A stretch of DNA of 64,000 nucleotides from an uncultured bacterium (GTDB taxonomy: Bacteria > Chlamydiota > Chlamydiia > Chlamydiales > SM23-39): NCBI GenBank assembly GCA_963716985.1, contig OY970323.1:408611-472610 (forward strand), in the 5' to 3' direction. A program made the position numbers and the translations under genes. Each line of letters starts with the position of its first letter. Positions within the stretch are counted from its first letter, which is position 1. Positions 18,975 to 29,435 of this stretch are shown piece after piece. The notes under the pieces were generated by a model. The model was not told where the DNA came from. It saw only the letters and a program-made list of their open reading frames with translations, and ran no database searches.

Positions 18975-20957
18975 ATGAAGTGGCTTCGATTTTTTTGCCT
19001 CGCGTTGATTTTCCCTCTCCTGCTTTTTTCTCAAAATTCCTTAGAAATCAAGGATATCAAAAAATGGACGCATCGTCTTTTTGAGTATCATGTAGAACAA
19101 AAAAAGTTCTCCTCCCAGCAGATGCGTCGATTCGTTAAGCTCTATGTTGGGCAATTTGACAAAGAAAAGACCTATTTCCTAGAAGACGAGGTGCTCTCCT
19201 ATTTCAATGTGACCGAGAACCAAGCGAATGAGATGATCGCGCGACTGGAAGGGGAAGATTATTCGGATTTCATGCAAATCAATGCAATTTTGGCGCGCTC
19301 TGTAGAGAGAGCTAGAAAAAACAGGAATTTGTTGAAAGAGTCGATTTTGCATGAAGCGGATATGAATGGACCTGTTTTGCGAAGCGAATGGTCGAGTTTT
19401 GCCAAAAATGAAAAAGACCTGCAGGAAAGGCAGAGAATAGAATTGAGACGGCTTTTTCTGAATTACAAAAGGAAAATGGAGAGCGCTTCTCGGGAAAGGG
19501 AGGAAAAGGCTCTTCGGATGATTGAAAAAAAGCTTGTCCGGGCGGAAAATCGTTACATCGAAAAAAACGAACATGAATTTTCCCTCAATATTTTAAAAGC
19601 TTTTGCCAAAAGTTTGGATGCTCATTCTGCCTTTTTTAGCCCCGAAGAAGCATTTGAGATGCGCATGAGCCTTGAAAAACAGTTTGAGGGACTCGGAGTC
19701 ATTCTTACAGAGAGCGTTGATGGGGCAATGGTCACGGATCTCATCAAGGGAAGCCCTGCGCAAAGGTCCGGGAAGATTCAGATTCGCGATCTCATTGCAG
19801 AGATCGATGGAGAAAACGTCCTTGACCTCTCCTTTGAAGAGGTATTGGAAAAGCTGAAGAGAAAAAATGGGGAGTGCGTGAGTCTTGGGCTGTCCCGCTT
19901 TTCCGTAGAAAAAAGAGAGTATTTGCCTTCCTGGCATGTGACGTTAAAACCTGAACCAATCAGCATGGAGGAAGAAAAATTACGATCTAGCTTTGAGCCC
20001 TTTGGCAATGGCATTATCGGTAAAATTACCTTGACCTCTTTTTATGAAAATTCCGATGGGGTGACCTGCGAGGGGGACCTCAAGAAAGCGATAGATGATC
20101 TTCGAAAGAAGGGCAATCTTCTTGGATTAATACTCGACCTTCGCGAAAACTCCGGTGGTTTTTTGAATCAAGCAGTAAAGGTTGCGAGCCTATTTTTATC
20201 CAACGGGATTGTCGTGATTTCGAAATATTCGAAAGGAGAGTGCCGCTATCTGCGCAATACAGAAGGCAAACCCTATTTTTCGGGCCCATTGATTCTCTTA
20301 ACTTCGAAGCTTTCCGCGTCCGCATCGGAAATCGTCGCTCAAGCGCTGCAGGATTATGGCGTTGCTCTGATCGTTGGAGATGAGCGGACCTTTGGCAAGG
20401 GAACCATCCAATACCAGACAGTGACGAACGACAAGGCAGAAGCCTATTTCAAAGTGACGGTGGGGAAATATTATACCGTTTCCGGAAAATCGACGCAGAT
20501 TGAAGGGGTGAAAGCAGACGTTCTTCTACCCACCGAATTTTCCATTTATCATTTAGGGGAGCGCTATTTAGAATATCCTCTTGCCCCAGACTACATCTCA
20601 TCGCTCTATATTGATCCTCTTTATGACCTCGACCAAAAGACCAAGCGCTGGTTTGAAAAAAACTATATGCCCCATCTGCAGCCCTACGTTACTTTTTGGC
20701 AAAAACATGCGAATATTCTTCAAGAAAACAGCGCGTTTCGTCAAAGTAAAGATTCCAATTTTCAGCTTTTCTTGAAAAAACAAGAGATGGTGAGGGAATC
20801 GCAATCCACTGAGGATTTGAAAAACTATGGCGTCGAGAATCTGCAAATGCAAGAAGGCGTCCACATTCTCAAGGATATGATTCTTTTGGAAGCGGAAAGA
20901 TCTCCTTCTTCCAAGCCGTTGCAGAAAAGTCTTTCTTCTTCCCATAAAAAAAATTGA
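18975..20957 (+). CDS. tsp: tail-specific (C-terminal processing, S41) protease
   Basis: Signal peptide, a PDZ-like segment (GLGVILTE..GSPAQRSGKIQIRDLI) and the S41 catalytic region (SASASEIVAQAL...TFGKGTIQ). Confidence 0.8.
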   Translation: MKWLRFFCLALIFPLLLFSQNSLEIKDIKKWTHRLFEYHVEQKKFSSQQMRRFVKLYVGQFDKEKTYFLEDEVLSYFNVTENQANEMIARLEGEDYSDFMQINAILARSVERARKNRNLLKESILHEADMNGPVLRSEWSSFAKNEKDLQERQRIELRRLFLNYKRKMESASREREEKALRMIEKKLVRAENRYIEKNEHEFSLNILKAFAKSLDAHSAFFSPEEAFEMRMSLEKQFEGLGVILTESVDGAMVTDLIKGSPAQRSGKIQIRDLIAEIDGENVLDLSFEEVLEKLKRKNGECVSLGLSRFSVEKREYLPSWHVTLKPEPISMEEEKLRSSFEPFGNGIIGKITLTSFYENSDGVTCEGDLKKAIDDLRKKGNLLGLILDLRENSGGFLNQAVKVASLFLSNGIVVISKYSKGECRYLRNTEGKPYFSGPLILLTSKLSASASEIVAQALQDYGVALIVGDERTFGKGTIQYQTVTNDKAEAYFKVTVGKYYTVSGKSTQIEGVKADVLLPTEFSIYHLGERYLEYPLAPDYISSLYIDPLYDLDQKTKRWFEKNYMPHLQPYVTFWQKHANILQENSAFRQSKDSNFQLFLKKQEMVRESQSTEDLKNYGVENLQMQEGVHILKDMILLEAERSPSSKPLQKSLSSSHKKN

Positions 20958-20999
20958 AAATAAACAGCTCTTCGAGTTATTTTTACAAGCATCTTCTTT

Positions 21000-21072
<73 letters not shown>

Positions 21073-21291
21073 AATTTTTTTTCAAAAAATTTGGGCTGAA
21101 AGAAAGCCGATTGCTTGGCTTTTGTCTGGAGTCGAAGTGAAGCTCGATATAGCGAGCGAACCGGCGGAAAGCCCGAAGTAGCCAATTTCCTTACCTCGTC
21201 TAAAACAGTTTTTGAATAATTATTATAAGTCGAATTTAATAGGGCCAACAAAAAACCGATAGATTTTCTAGCATTTTGAACTGGCCCGTCT

Positions 21292-24200
21292 CTAATACTC
21301 TCGGCCGAAGCCCAGATAGAAGAAAGTGTCGTAGAAGAGGCTGTTGAGCTGATAACTCGCATTCAGTTCGACTTGCCAGCCATGCTTAGTTGTGGTGAGG
21401 AGATCGAGCGCTACAAGAAGGCTATTGCGTCCAGGAGATTCGGTTGTGATCGTGGTTGGCAATGCAGTTGAATTGATTGCGTTTAGGCCGATTGAAAGGC
21501 TCCGATCGAGATATTCATACTGCCATCCGAGATCGAGTTCAGCTCGGAGAGTAGAGGAACCTGGGTGGAATAGATAATTGAATCGAGCACCTAAAACCGA
21601 TGTGAGCGAGTCGGGTGTATGGGAGGCAACTTGGAGGTCGTAAATGCCCGCTCCTGTTTCTGTATACCCATCGATGAAGTCAATGACATATTGCAGTGTT
21701 GCAAGAGGTACGAAAGAGAAATTGGCTGGAAGCCAAGAATGTCTTCGGCCCGAGAGGGTATATTCAATTCCGAACAGGGTGTCTGCGGCTACTTCATGGG
21801 TTTTGCCGATCGCAGTCAACTCTTGATTAATTCCTGTCTTGCGTTTGGTTTTGTCCCAATTGTAAGCGCATCCAACGATCGCTTCGAAAGCGAGGTCGGG
21901 CGCTTTTTTAGGGACGATTGTGCCGTAAAAGCTGCCGTGAAGACGGTCAAAGGTGCTGGTTCCCCAGTTATTGTCGGCAGTACCCCAGCTTTTTCTGTAT
22001 TCAATAAGGGCTCCGAATCCAGCCCAAGCACTTCTCTCCTCTCGATCTTCTAGGATTCCATCGACGCCTGCAAGGACTCCCGCAGTCACGTATCCTAACC
22101 CTGCCTGATCTTTTTTTGAGTCCACGTTTCCAAAGGATGCGACGGGACCTAAATAAACGTTGTAGGGATGCTCTTTTCCTTGCGCAACTCTTTCAGAGAG
22201 CTGTTCGGTTTTTTGAAAGGTCTCGGAATTGAGTTGTTGAGCGAGCGAATCGGCGATGGGAAGGAGTTGTTCGTCATTCGAGGCGGTGAGTAAGTGTTCA
22301 TCGAAGGAAAGCGATGAGGCGGCGACAAGAGGGGCATTTGAAAAATGTATCCGTTTGCGCATCTGAGATGTCTTCTGTGTAATGAAGGCGTTGTGCTGGC
22401 CAATGGAGGTGAAGACGAGATTGATTGTGCTTCCGTGGACTGGAGCAGGGTTCGCTTTGCGCACGTCGAGTTGAACGCCATCGGGAAGATAGACGATACT
22501 TGGGATTAACGATCCTGGAAAATTGGTGAAGGAGACGTGCGCAAATTGCCCGGTTCTTCCACCGGTTGCATCGAGGAGTTCGATGGTATCGCCATTAGTT
22601 AATGAAATGCCGGGAAGGGCATTCACAACTAAATTGCCGTCGAGAGTTGCGGTTCCCGCGGCAGTCACTTTGCCAAAACTTGTCAGTGAAAGGATATTCG
22701 TTTGCAGCGTTCCCGAAGAGCTTTGTATATAATCATCGGCTAAAACCGAGCCAGCTGTTGTTAGAGTCCCAGCGCTGAGAGCGATATTGGCGTTTGAAGA
22801 GCCGAGCGTCGCGCCCGCATTGTTGGTGACAATGCCTCCAGACACAGTGAAGGTGCTGCCGCTTCCGGCCGCCATCGTTGCGCCTGAGTAGTTGGTCACT
22901 ATACCCGTAACAATATTGAAGGTAGTGGTCGCGGTAGCCATTGCGTAGTTATTAAACGTCGTAGGGCCAGCAGCATTTCCGATAGTGAATGTAGTGCCAG
23001 CCGAGAGAGTTGAGTGGTTATTTACTGTAACTGGATTGCTAATTCCTCCAAGACCGCTAATCTCTAATGCGCCAGTGGGGCTTATTGTTCCATTGTTTTC
23101 GATGACATTTCCTTCCAGAAGAAGATTTGCAGGAGAAAGAGTGCCGTAGTTATTCAAGGTTCCGCTGCCGGCCCCTTCGCTTACATTCCAAGTTCCGGTT
23201 GAAATAATTGATGATTCGGGTCCGAGTGTTAGGCTTCCGGCGTTGAGTGTAAATCGGGAGTCTTGCTCAAGAGAAATGGTTGTGTTGATTGTATGATCTC
23301 CCTGGAAGACGGTAATCGTAGGCTTGGTCGACATAGGAGGACCGTCGAGGAAAATGGTTCCCATACCACTGAAGTTCTCGATTGTGTAGGAAGTCAAGGA
23401 AGAGTCGAAGGTGAGATCGTGTAATGTGACGTTTTGCGCAATTGTTCCTGCGGAGTTTGCTAGAGTGACGGTGACAGACGAAGCGGCGACAGTGGGAAAA
23501 GTGGCGGTATCTTGATTGGCGGCCATTCCGCCGATTCCTGGAACGCAGCTGCTCCAGTTCGCCATCGTGTCCCAATTGCCATTGGAGTCAGACGTCCAAT
23601 CTCCATCGCAGTTTGCACTTGCGCCTAAGATGATGCGGTTTTCGCTGTAGTCATAGGTCAGCTTCCCGAAGGGGAGCGTGGTCGAAGAGAAGATTCCATG
23701 CAACTGCTTTCCAGTTCCGCTCGATTGGAAAAGAATCACTTGAGTGGCTGAAGAGGGGGTGAACATTCCCGTGTTTGTTACAACCAGCGTTCCATTCAGA
23801 TTGATGCTTGCAGTGGTCGTTACATTTCCAACGGGAGCCGCAGCGTTCATAGGAAAATTAAAGGTGGTTGTTCCGCCTGAATTTTGAGTAAAGGCTGTGG
23901 CTGAGATAGTTGCGCTGCTGGCGACATTGCCTGAATTGGTAATGCTGCCAATGGTATTGGCAAATGTTTGAAAATTGAGAGTCGCCCCGTTTGCTACAGT
24001 GAGAGCGCTTGTACCAAAGGCCTGAGTCGAACCAGCGAGGAGAGAACCGCCATTGATAGCGGTGGGGCCGCTGTAGCCATTTGTACCGCTGAGGGTCAGG
24101 TTGCCCGTGAGCGTGAGTCCGCCAGTTCCTGAGATATTACCCGAAAACGTAAGGCCCGATCCATTGTCAATTGTAAGCGTTGCCGATCCTAATGTGACAT

Positions 24201-27200
24201 TGCCAGATCCGGCTAGACTACGAATCGTGTTATTGAAATTATTGAGAGAGAGGGTTCCGCTAGCTCCAACTGTGAAGGCCGAGCTGCTTGCAAAAGCGGT
24301 TGTCGATCCGGCCCTTAAGATGCCCCCGTTGATCGCAGTGGCTCCGGTGTAGCCGTTCGTTCCGCTGAGAGTCGCTGTGCCTGTCGTGAGGGAGAGGCCT
24401 CCTGTTCCATTGATCGCTCCGGTGAAGACTTGGCTATTGCCGTTGGCAATTGTTAAAGTGGCCGATCCAAGAGCGACTGTGCCAGCTCCGGCGAGACTTC
24501 CCACGGTATTATTGAAGTTATTGAGAGCCAGCGTTGAGGTTGATCCCAATACAAAATGAGAGGCAGGGGCAAAAGCGCTTATCGAGCTAGCTTGGAGAGT
24601 TCCGCCATTTAGCGTTGTCGCTCCAGTGTAGCTGTTTGTCCCGCTAAAAATTTGCATTCCTGTGGTCAGGGTGATTCCGCCGCTCTCAGAAATATTTCCT
24701 GCAAATGTTTGGCTGTTGCCATTGTTAATGCTTAAGGTTCCAGAGCCAAGAGTGACAAAACTGCCCGAAGCGCCGGCAAGGCTTTGAATGATATTGCTGA
24801 AGTTATTGAGATCTAAAGTTGCGCCAGAGGATAGAGTGACGGCTGAATTGACTCCAAAGGCGCCGCTCGTGCTGGTAGTAGAGACTCCTGCTTGGAGCGT
24901 TCCGCGCGTTACATTGGTAGGGCCTGTGTAGATATTGGCGCCGTTAAACGTGAGTGTTCCATCTCCAGCTTTCGTGAAAGAATTCGTCGAGAGACCCGCA
25001 ACAACTCCAGTGACAGTGACATCGTTGCTATTCGTATCGAACGTTCCGTTTGCCATCAAGACAATCGAAGAGGTCATTGGCGTGAAGGCGCTTGACGCTT
25101 GGAAGGTAGAAGAACCTGAACCTGCGAACACAATTTGGGTTCCGATCGGAAGCGAACTGGGGGAAGCGACGAGTGTACCTCCCGAAATCGTAGTTCGCGC
25201 TTGATAAGTATTTGCCCCTGTCAATGTCAGGGTTCCGGCTCCGGCCTTAGTAAATGGATTCGCTGTGGAGATTGGTCCACTGATTGAAACATTGTGGCCA
25301 TTCGTATCGAGCGTGCCTGGGGCAGAGAGAGTAATAGATTGCGAGATGGAGAGATCTCCACCGGCTTGGAGAGTTCCTCCAAAGATGTCAAATAAAATCG
25401 ATGTCGCTGAACCAAGGCTGTTTGTATTTAGATTGAGAACGCCCCCTTCGATTGTGATTTGGCTGGCCAACATGTTGCTACCCGTCAAGGTGAGCGTACC
25501 TGGGCCGATTTTTGTGAAGGGAATCCCCACTATTCCAGTAATATCGCCCGATAGTGTTATGTCAAAGGTATTCGATCCGATTGTTGCAGGACCGTTGATC
25601 GTGATCGGCGCTGAAGAAGAAGTGCTGCTGCCAAATTCGAGATTGCCGCCGTCGGTTCCGAAAATCAATTCAGAAGTATCACCGAGAGTCGGCGTATTTA
25701 GTGTGGCGCCTCCCTCGATGGTTGTCGAGCCAGTGAAGGTATTAGACTTCATCAAGGTCAACGTTCCGCCGCTTGCTACGACATTTCCTGTAGCTCCTGA
25801 AATGACACCATAAAAAGCGTCGTCTGTACTCGCTTGCGATATCGTCAGCGTTCCAGAACCGAGATCAACCGAGCTTCCCACGGCTCCATTCAAACTGCCG
25901 ATTGTGATATTTTCATCGTTTACATCGAGGACCGATGCACTGCTGCTCAGACTGACAAATGAATTCGTTCCAAATGCAGTGGATGTGCCCGCTCGCAGAG
26001 TACCCGTCTGTACTTGTGTGGCGCCGGTATATCCGTTCATCCCGTTTAGAATCAGGATTCCTGTGCCAGCCTTCGTGAAAGCGCCCGAACCAGAAACAGT
26101 TCCTCCGAGCGTGATCGTTTGACCATTCGTATCGATGGTCCCTGCAGAACTCAAAGTGACTGTGTTGCTGTAGGTGAATCCTATCGTATTGGCTTTTAGG
26201 GTCCCTCCACCATTTACGAATAAAAGGGAGCTAGATGATGAGATCCCATTCGTGACAAAGGTACTTCCACCTTGGATTTGCGTTTGTCCGCTATATCCTG
26301 CAGAGCCGTTTAAAGTCAAAGTTGCGGCAGTTAAGGTAAGGCCTCCCGTACCTGAGAGCGCTCCAGAGAAAGCGCCTCCTTGGGAACAGGTGATTGTTCC
26401 GGAGCCGAGAGCAATAGTTCCCGCTCCTGCAATCGTGCCAAAGGTTGCGTTGAAATTATTTAAATTAAGGGTAGATCCGCTCGCGACGGTCAGATTTGAG
26501 TAATTTCCGAACGCGTTTGCAGATCCGGCGATCAACGTTGCTGCATTGACCGTAGTCGATCCTGGATGCGCTTGTGAGCTATACGTGTTATTTCCAGTCA
26601 GGGTTAATGTACCTGTGCTCGAGGCTCCGAGAGTAAATCCTCCGCCAAGATTGACCGATTCAATCGTCCCGGGATAGGTAACTGTGCCGCTATTGGTCAC
26701 TGACAGGGTGCCGTTTCCAAGAACGACTAAACTCGCTGAAGTTCCTGTTAAGACGCCTATGGTGTTATTGAGTCCTGCTCCAGAAGTTCCACTTATATCG
26801 AGAGTCGCGCCGTTTGCAAGCGAAACATTGGAAGCGGCAGAAAACGCGGTCGCCGATCCTGCTTTAAGTGTAGCACCAGTGCCGAGTGTTGTAGTCCCTA
26901 TGTAGGAATTGTTTCCAGAAAGAATCAGATAAGAGCCGTTGACGACAAGATTCCCTCCGCCCGAAATATTGCTTTGGATCGTATTACCAGGAGAGGCTCC
27001 AACGCCAGAGACTTGCCACGTTCCTGTTAGAGTAACGCCTCCGACATTGATATTCGATCCAGAAGCTCCATAAGTGAGCAAATGAGTGCCGGATGGAACG
27101 GCAAACGTTCCTCCTGTGAAGGCATAAGTGTCGGATATCGTCAGATCGCCAAGTGTATACGTTCCGCCTACTAGATTATTTAAAACCGATTTAGAAAATG

Positions 27201-27363
27201 TACTTGATGTTGGGAAAATAAGGTCGTCGGTATTCACTGGAACTTGCTGGGGGCTCCAGTTAGTGCTTGTATTCATAGAATTTGTTGTCCCTTGCCATGT
27301 CAAGGGGGCTGCGAGTAAAATGCTATTTTGGAGAACAAGCGCTGGTAAACAAATCCACTTCAT
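21292..27363 (-). CDS. giant autotransporter (type Va) adhesin-like protein, 2023 aa
   Basis: Signal peptide MKWICLPALVLQNSILLAAP. Dozens of G-x-L-T-L-x-G-x-N-x-Y-T/S-G-x-T passenger repeats of the autotransporter-associated beta-strand type. The C-terminal roughly 280 aa is a beta-barrel-like region with alternating aromatic pattern, ending FYLGFGREY. Confidence 0.8.
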   Translation of the reverse strand: MKWICLPALVLQNSILLAAPLTWQGTTNSMNTSTNWSPQQVPVNTDDLIFPTSSTFSKSVLNNLVGGTYTLGDLTISDTYAFTGGTFAVPSGTHLLTYGASGSNINVGGVTLTGTWQVSGVGASPGNTIQSNISGGGNLVVNGSYLILSGNNSYIGTTTLGTGATLKAGSATAFSAASNVSLANGATLDISGTSGAGLNNTIGVLTGTSASLVVLGNGTLSVTNSGTVTYPGTIESVNLGGGFTLGASSTGTLTLTGNNTYSSQAHPGSTTVNAATLIAGSANAFGNYSNLTVASGSTLNLNNFNATFGTIAGAGTIALGSGTITCSQGGAFSGALSGTGGLTLTAATLTLNGSAGYSGQTQIQGGSTFVTNGISSSSSLLFVNGGGTLKANTIGFTYSNTVTLSSAGTIDTNGQTITLGGTVSGSGAFTKAGTGILILNGMNGYTGATQVQTGTLRAGTSTAFGTNSFVSLSSSASVLDVNDENITIGSLNGAVGSSVDLGSGTLTISQASTDDAFYGVISGATGNVVASGGTLTLMKSNTFTGSTTIEGGATLNTPTLGDTSELIFGTDGGNLEFGSSTSSSAPITINGPATIGSNTFDITLSGDITGIVGIPFTKIGPGTLTLTGSNMLASQITIEGGVLNLNTNSLGSATSILFDIFGGTLQAGGDLSISQSITLSAPGTLDTNGHNVSISGPISTANPFTKAGAGTLTLTGANTYQARTTISGGTLVASPSSLPIGTQIVFAGSGSSTFQASSAFTPMTSSIVLMANGTFDTNSNDVTVTGVVAGLSTNSFTKAGDGTLTFNGANIYTGPTNVTRGTLQAGVSTTSTSGAFGVNSAVTLSSGATLDLNNFSNIIQSLAGASGSFVTLGSGTLSINNGNSQTFAGNISESGGITLTTGMQIFSGTNSYTGATTLNGGTLQASSISAFAPASHFVLGSTSTLALNNFNNTVGSLAGAGTVALGSATLTIANGNSQVFTGAINGTGGLSLTTGTATLSGTNGYTGATAINGGILRAGSTTAFASSSAFTVGASGTLSLNNFNNTIRSLAGSGNVTLGSATLTIDNGSGLTFSGNISGTGGLTLTGNLTLSGTNGYSGPTAINGGSLLAGSTQAFGTSALTVANGATLNFQTFANTIGSITNSGNVASSATISATAFTQNSGGTTTFNFPMNAAAPVGNVTTTASINLNGTLVVTNTGMFTPSSATQVILFQSSGTGKQLHGIFSSTTLPFGKLTYDYSENRIILGASANCDGDWTSDSNGNWDTMANWSSCVPGIGGMAANQDTATFPTVAASSVTVTLANSAGTIAQNVTLHDLTFDSSLTSYTIENFSGMGTIFLDGPPMSTKPTITVFQGDHTINTTISLEQDSRFTLNAGSLTLGPESSIISTGTWNVSEGAGSGTLNNYGTLSPANLLLEGNVIENNGTISPTGALEISGLGGISNPVTVNNHSTLSAGTTFTIGNAAGPTTFNNYAMATATTTFNIVTGIVTNYSGATMAAGSGSTFTVSGGIVTNNAGATLGSSNANIALSAGTLTTAGSVLADDYIQSSSGTLQTNILSLTSFGKVTAAGTATLDGNLVVNALPGISLTNGDTIELLDATGGRTGQFAHVSFTNFPGSLIPSIVYLPDGVQLDVRKANPAPVHGSTINLVFTSIGQHNAFITQKTSQMRKRIHFSNAPLVAASSLSFDEHLLTASNDEQLLPIADSLAQQLNSETFQKTEQLSERVAQGKEHPYNVYLGPVASFGNVDSKKDQAGLGYVTAGVLAGVDGILEDREERSAWAGFGALIEYRKSWGTADNNWGTSTFDRLHGSFYGTIVPKKAPDLAFEAIVGCAYNWDKTKRKTGINQELTAIGKTHEVAADTLFGIEYTLSGRRHSWLPANFSFVPLATLQYVIDFIDGYTETGAGIYDLQVASHTPDSLTSVLGARFNYLFHPGSSTLRAELDLGWQYEYLDRSLSIGLNAINSTALPTTITTESPGRNSLLVALDLLTTTKHGWQVELNASYQLNSLFYDTFFYLGFGREY

Positions 27364-27398
27364 GTTTCAAAACTTAAATTAAAAAAAAGTTTTTGTCT

Positions 27399-27431
27399 AA
27401 AAAAAAGCGTTTGTCTTAGGAGACAAACGCT
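27399..27431 (-). terminator. rho-independent terminator after the 661-aa secreted protein gene
   Basis: An 11-bp stem AGCGTTTGTCT/AGACAAACGCT with a 4-nt loop, followed on the minus strand by a run of 8 U. Confidence 0.7.
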
Positions 27432-27449
27432 GGCGCACGCCTAAAATGG

Positions 27450-29435
27450 CTAACCTGGCCATGGAGGGGGAGTACTATTGTAAGAGAGGACAAAAGAGGG
27501 GCTTCCTTGAGGACCTGATACTGTAAAGGTGAAGCTCCCTTGGAAATGTTCATCGGCGGTTGTATAGGTGCTTGTTGGAGACGATGGCGTGACGATTTGT
27601 CTTTGCAGGTTGATATTGTAGAGATACTCGGTCGAATCGAACGTGAATCTCACTTGAAATGGGTGAATTGCGTTGACCACGACATTTCCGAGCGCGACAG
27701 GCACTGAAGTAGAAGCGGGAGTCGTCACTGTGCTCGCTCCATTATAGTAAATAAATTCGACAGCCACTCCGTTCGGCGCTGCGTTCACAGTGACTGGATA
27801 GGTATAACTATCCTGCGAGATATTGGGAATTGTCGTTCCAGACATGCTTTCGAGTGTGATTACAAAATAAGGTTGGGTTTCTCCGGTTGTTTGAGACGGA
27901 TTGCCATGGAGGTCTTGAATATCAATCGCCATCAGACCTGCAAGGTTGAGTAGGTCATCGTAGTCATATCCGTAGCCAAGTCCAAGCGTTGGATTGTGAC
28001 CAGAGGGAACTTGTCCATTGCTGATCAGCAGTTTATGGAGATTGAGATCATAGAGGTTGTACCATGGCCCATTCGAATAACCTGGAGGATTTGAAAAATA
28101 GGTCAATGTCGAATAGCCTCCTGGGGCCGCTGTGCTATTATACTGACTATTGACGAAAGGGGAATCAATCGAGGTGGCATAGGCAGTAAAGGGGAGCTGC
28201 CCAATTGTAAATAGAGCGCTGAACAGCTTAGATAGTTCATTGGTATAAGCTGCAGAGTCGGTCCCTGAAGTGAGCGTATAAGGCCAGGGTCCACCGCTAT
28301 TTGCCCCGCTCAACAGCTGTTCCATCGTCAACGCTGCGAGATTGAGAGTATAGCTAGGAGCTCCGCCACTGCCACTGAGTTCTAAAGTGAGAGCTGTTGA
28401 AGAAGCTGTAATCGAGTAGACAACAGCATTTATATTCGCAGGCTTGATCTGTGCATAGAACGTATGGGGTGTGTTGTAGTAATTGTACACTGCTTGTAAA
28501 AAACTTGTGCTTGCCTGAGGTCCCGTCGACGAATTCGAGACATATGTTGTAGGGAAGTAACCTTGTGTGACTTTGGCTCCTTGAAAGTTATTTGCACTTT
28601 CTCCAAGACCGATACTATTCTTGGCGGCCAACACGCGCAAGTAGGACGTTGGAGTGCTATCCGTATAGGGATTGTTGTAATAAGGCAGAGCGAGAGTTCC
28701 CCAAGTAGTTGGATACGTATTTAGGCTTGTGCTAAACGCGGTGAGAACTTGATCTCGTGTTTGAGTCGACGTGGTACCTGAAGGGAGTCCTGAATATTGG
28801 ACTGAAATTTGGGTATTCGAAGGATATTCATTCGCATAAAGTTCCATCGGAAGACAGAAATAGTCGACCCATGAAAGGTTAATGAACATCGTTGTTTTTG
28901 AATTTGTTACGTCCGAATTCACAAGTCCGAATTCAAAATCTTGGTAGAGCGTATAGAAATTCGGATCGGTCAGAGAGGTTACGGACGAATCGCTAATCCC
29001 CAAGACTCCAAGGGCAGGATTAAGAGAGGTCGCAAGATACATCGGAGAATTGATCGAAAAATAGCCCCTCGAAGCACTATCGATGGGTAAATAGATCAGA
29101 TAGGCGGGATCGTTGATGCCCGTTCCAGTTGCAGTCGGCAGTTCGCTCAGCGTCACGCTCGATCCGGCGGAACTGGGACTTCCTGTAGGAGTTGGATAAG
29201 CGATTTGGCAAACCCCATTCATATCGGGCACGAGAAAGCAGGGAATTCCATCAGGATCGTTTCCGTGAGCGACGAAGTAAATCGTATTGGCGGAAAGCCC
29301 CGTTCGGTTGACTACAACAACCGGACAATAGTTTTGTAATGGAGCAGGAGCAACGGCAAAGGCCTCAGACAAGCCTACAATAAAACACATTACCAGTGCC
29401 GCGATTTGTGCGAGAGAAATTCGATTCAATAGCAT
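27450..29435 (-). CDS. secreted protein, GH64 / thaumatin-like superfamily resemblance (tentative beta-1,3-glucanase-like)
   Basis: Signal peptide (cleavage near AFA-VAP). The segment SRGYFSINSPMYL...DPNFYTLYQDFEFGL...MFINLSWVDYFCLPMEL...YLRVLAAKNS resembles the conserved GH64 core pattern from memory. Rich in S/T/P/Y. Confidence 0.4.
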   Translation of the reverse strand: MLLNRISLAQIAALVMCFIVGLSEAFAVAPAPLQNYCPVVVVNRTGLSANTIYFVAHGNDPDGIPCFLVPDMNGVCQIAYPTPTGSPSSAGSSVTLSELPTATGTGINDPAYLIYLPIDSASRGYFSINSPMYLATSLNPALGVLGISDSSVTSLTDPNFYTLYQDFEFGLVNSDVTNSKTTMFINLSWVDYFCLPMELYANEYPSNTQISVQYSGLPSGTTSTQTRDQVLTAFSTSLNTYPTTWGTLALPYYNNPYTDSTPTSYLRVLAAKNSIGLGESANNFQGAKVTQGYFPTTYVSNSSTGPQASTSFLQAVYNYYNTPHTFYAQIKPANINAVVYSITASSTALTLELSGSGGAPSYTLNLAALTMEQLLSGANSGGPWPYTLTSGTDSAAYTNELSKLFSALFTIGQLPFTAYATSIDSPFVNSQYNSTAAPGGYSTLTYFSNPPGYSNGPWYNLYDLNLHKLLISNGQVPSGHNPTLGLGYGYDYDDLLNLAGLMAIDIQDLHGNPSQTTGETQPYFVITLESMSGTTIPNISQDSYTYPVTVNAAPNGVAVEFIYYNGASTVTTPASTSVPVALGNVVVNAIHPFQVRFTFDSTEYLYNINLQRQIVTPSSPTSTYTTADEHFQGSFTFTVSGPQGSPSFVLSYNSTPPPWPG

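Noticed and set aside
21392-27382. A series of plus-strand ORFs rich in P/V/A (e.g. 25265-25813, 26174-26503).
   Set aside because: They are antisense to the 2023-aa autotransporter gene. Repetitive GC-rich codons keep the opposite strand open, and none has a start context or RBS.
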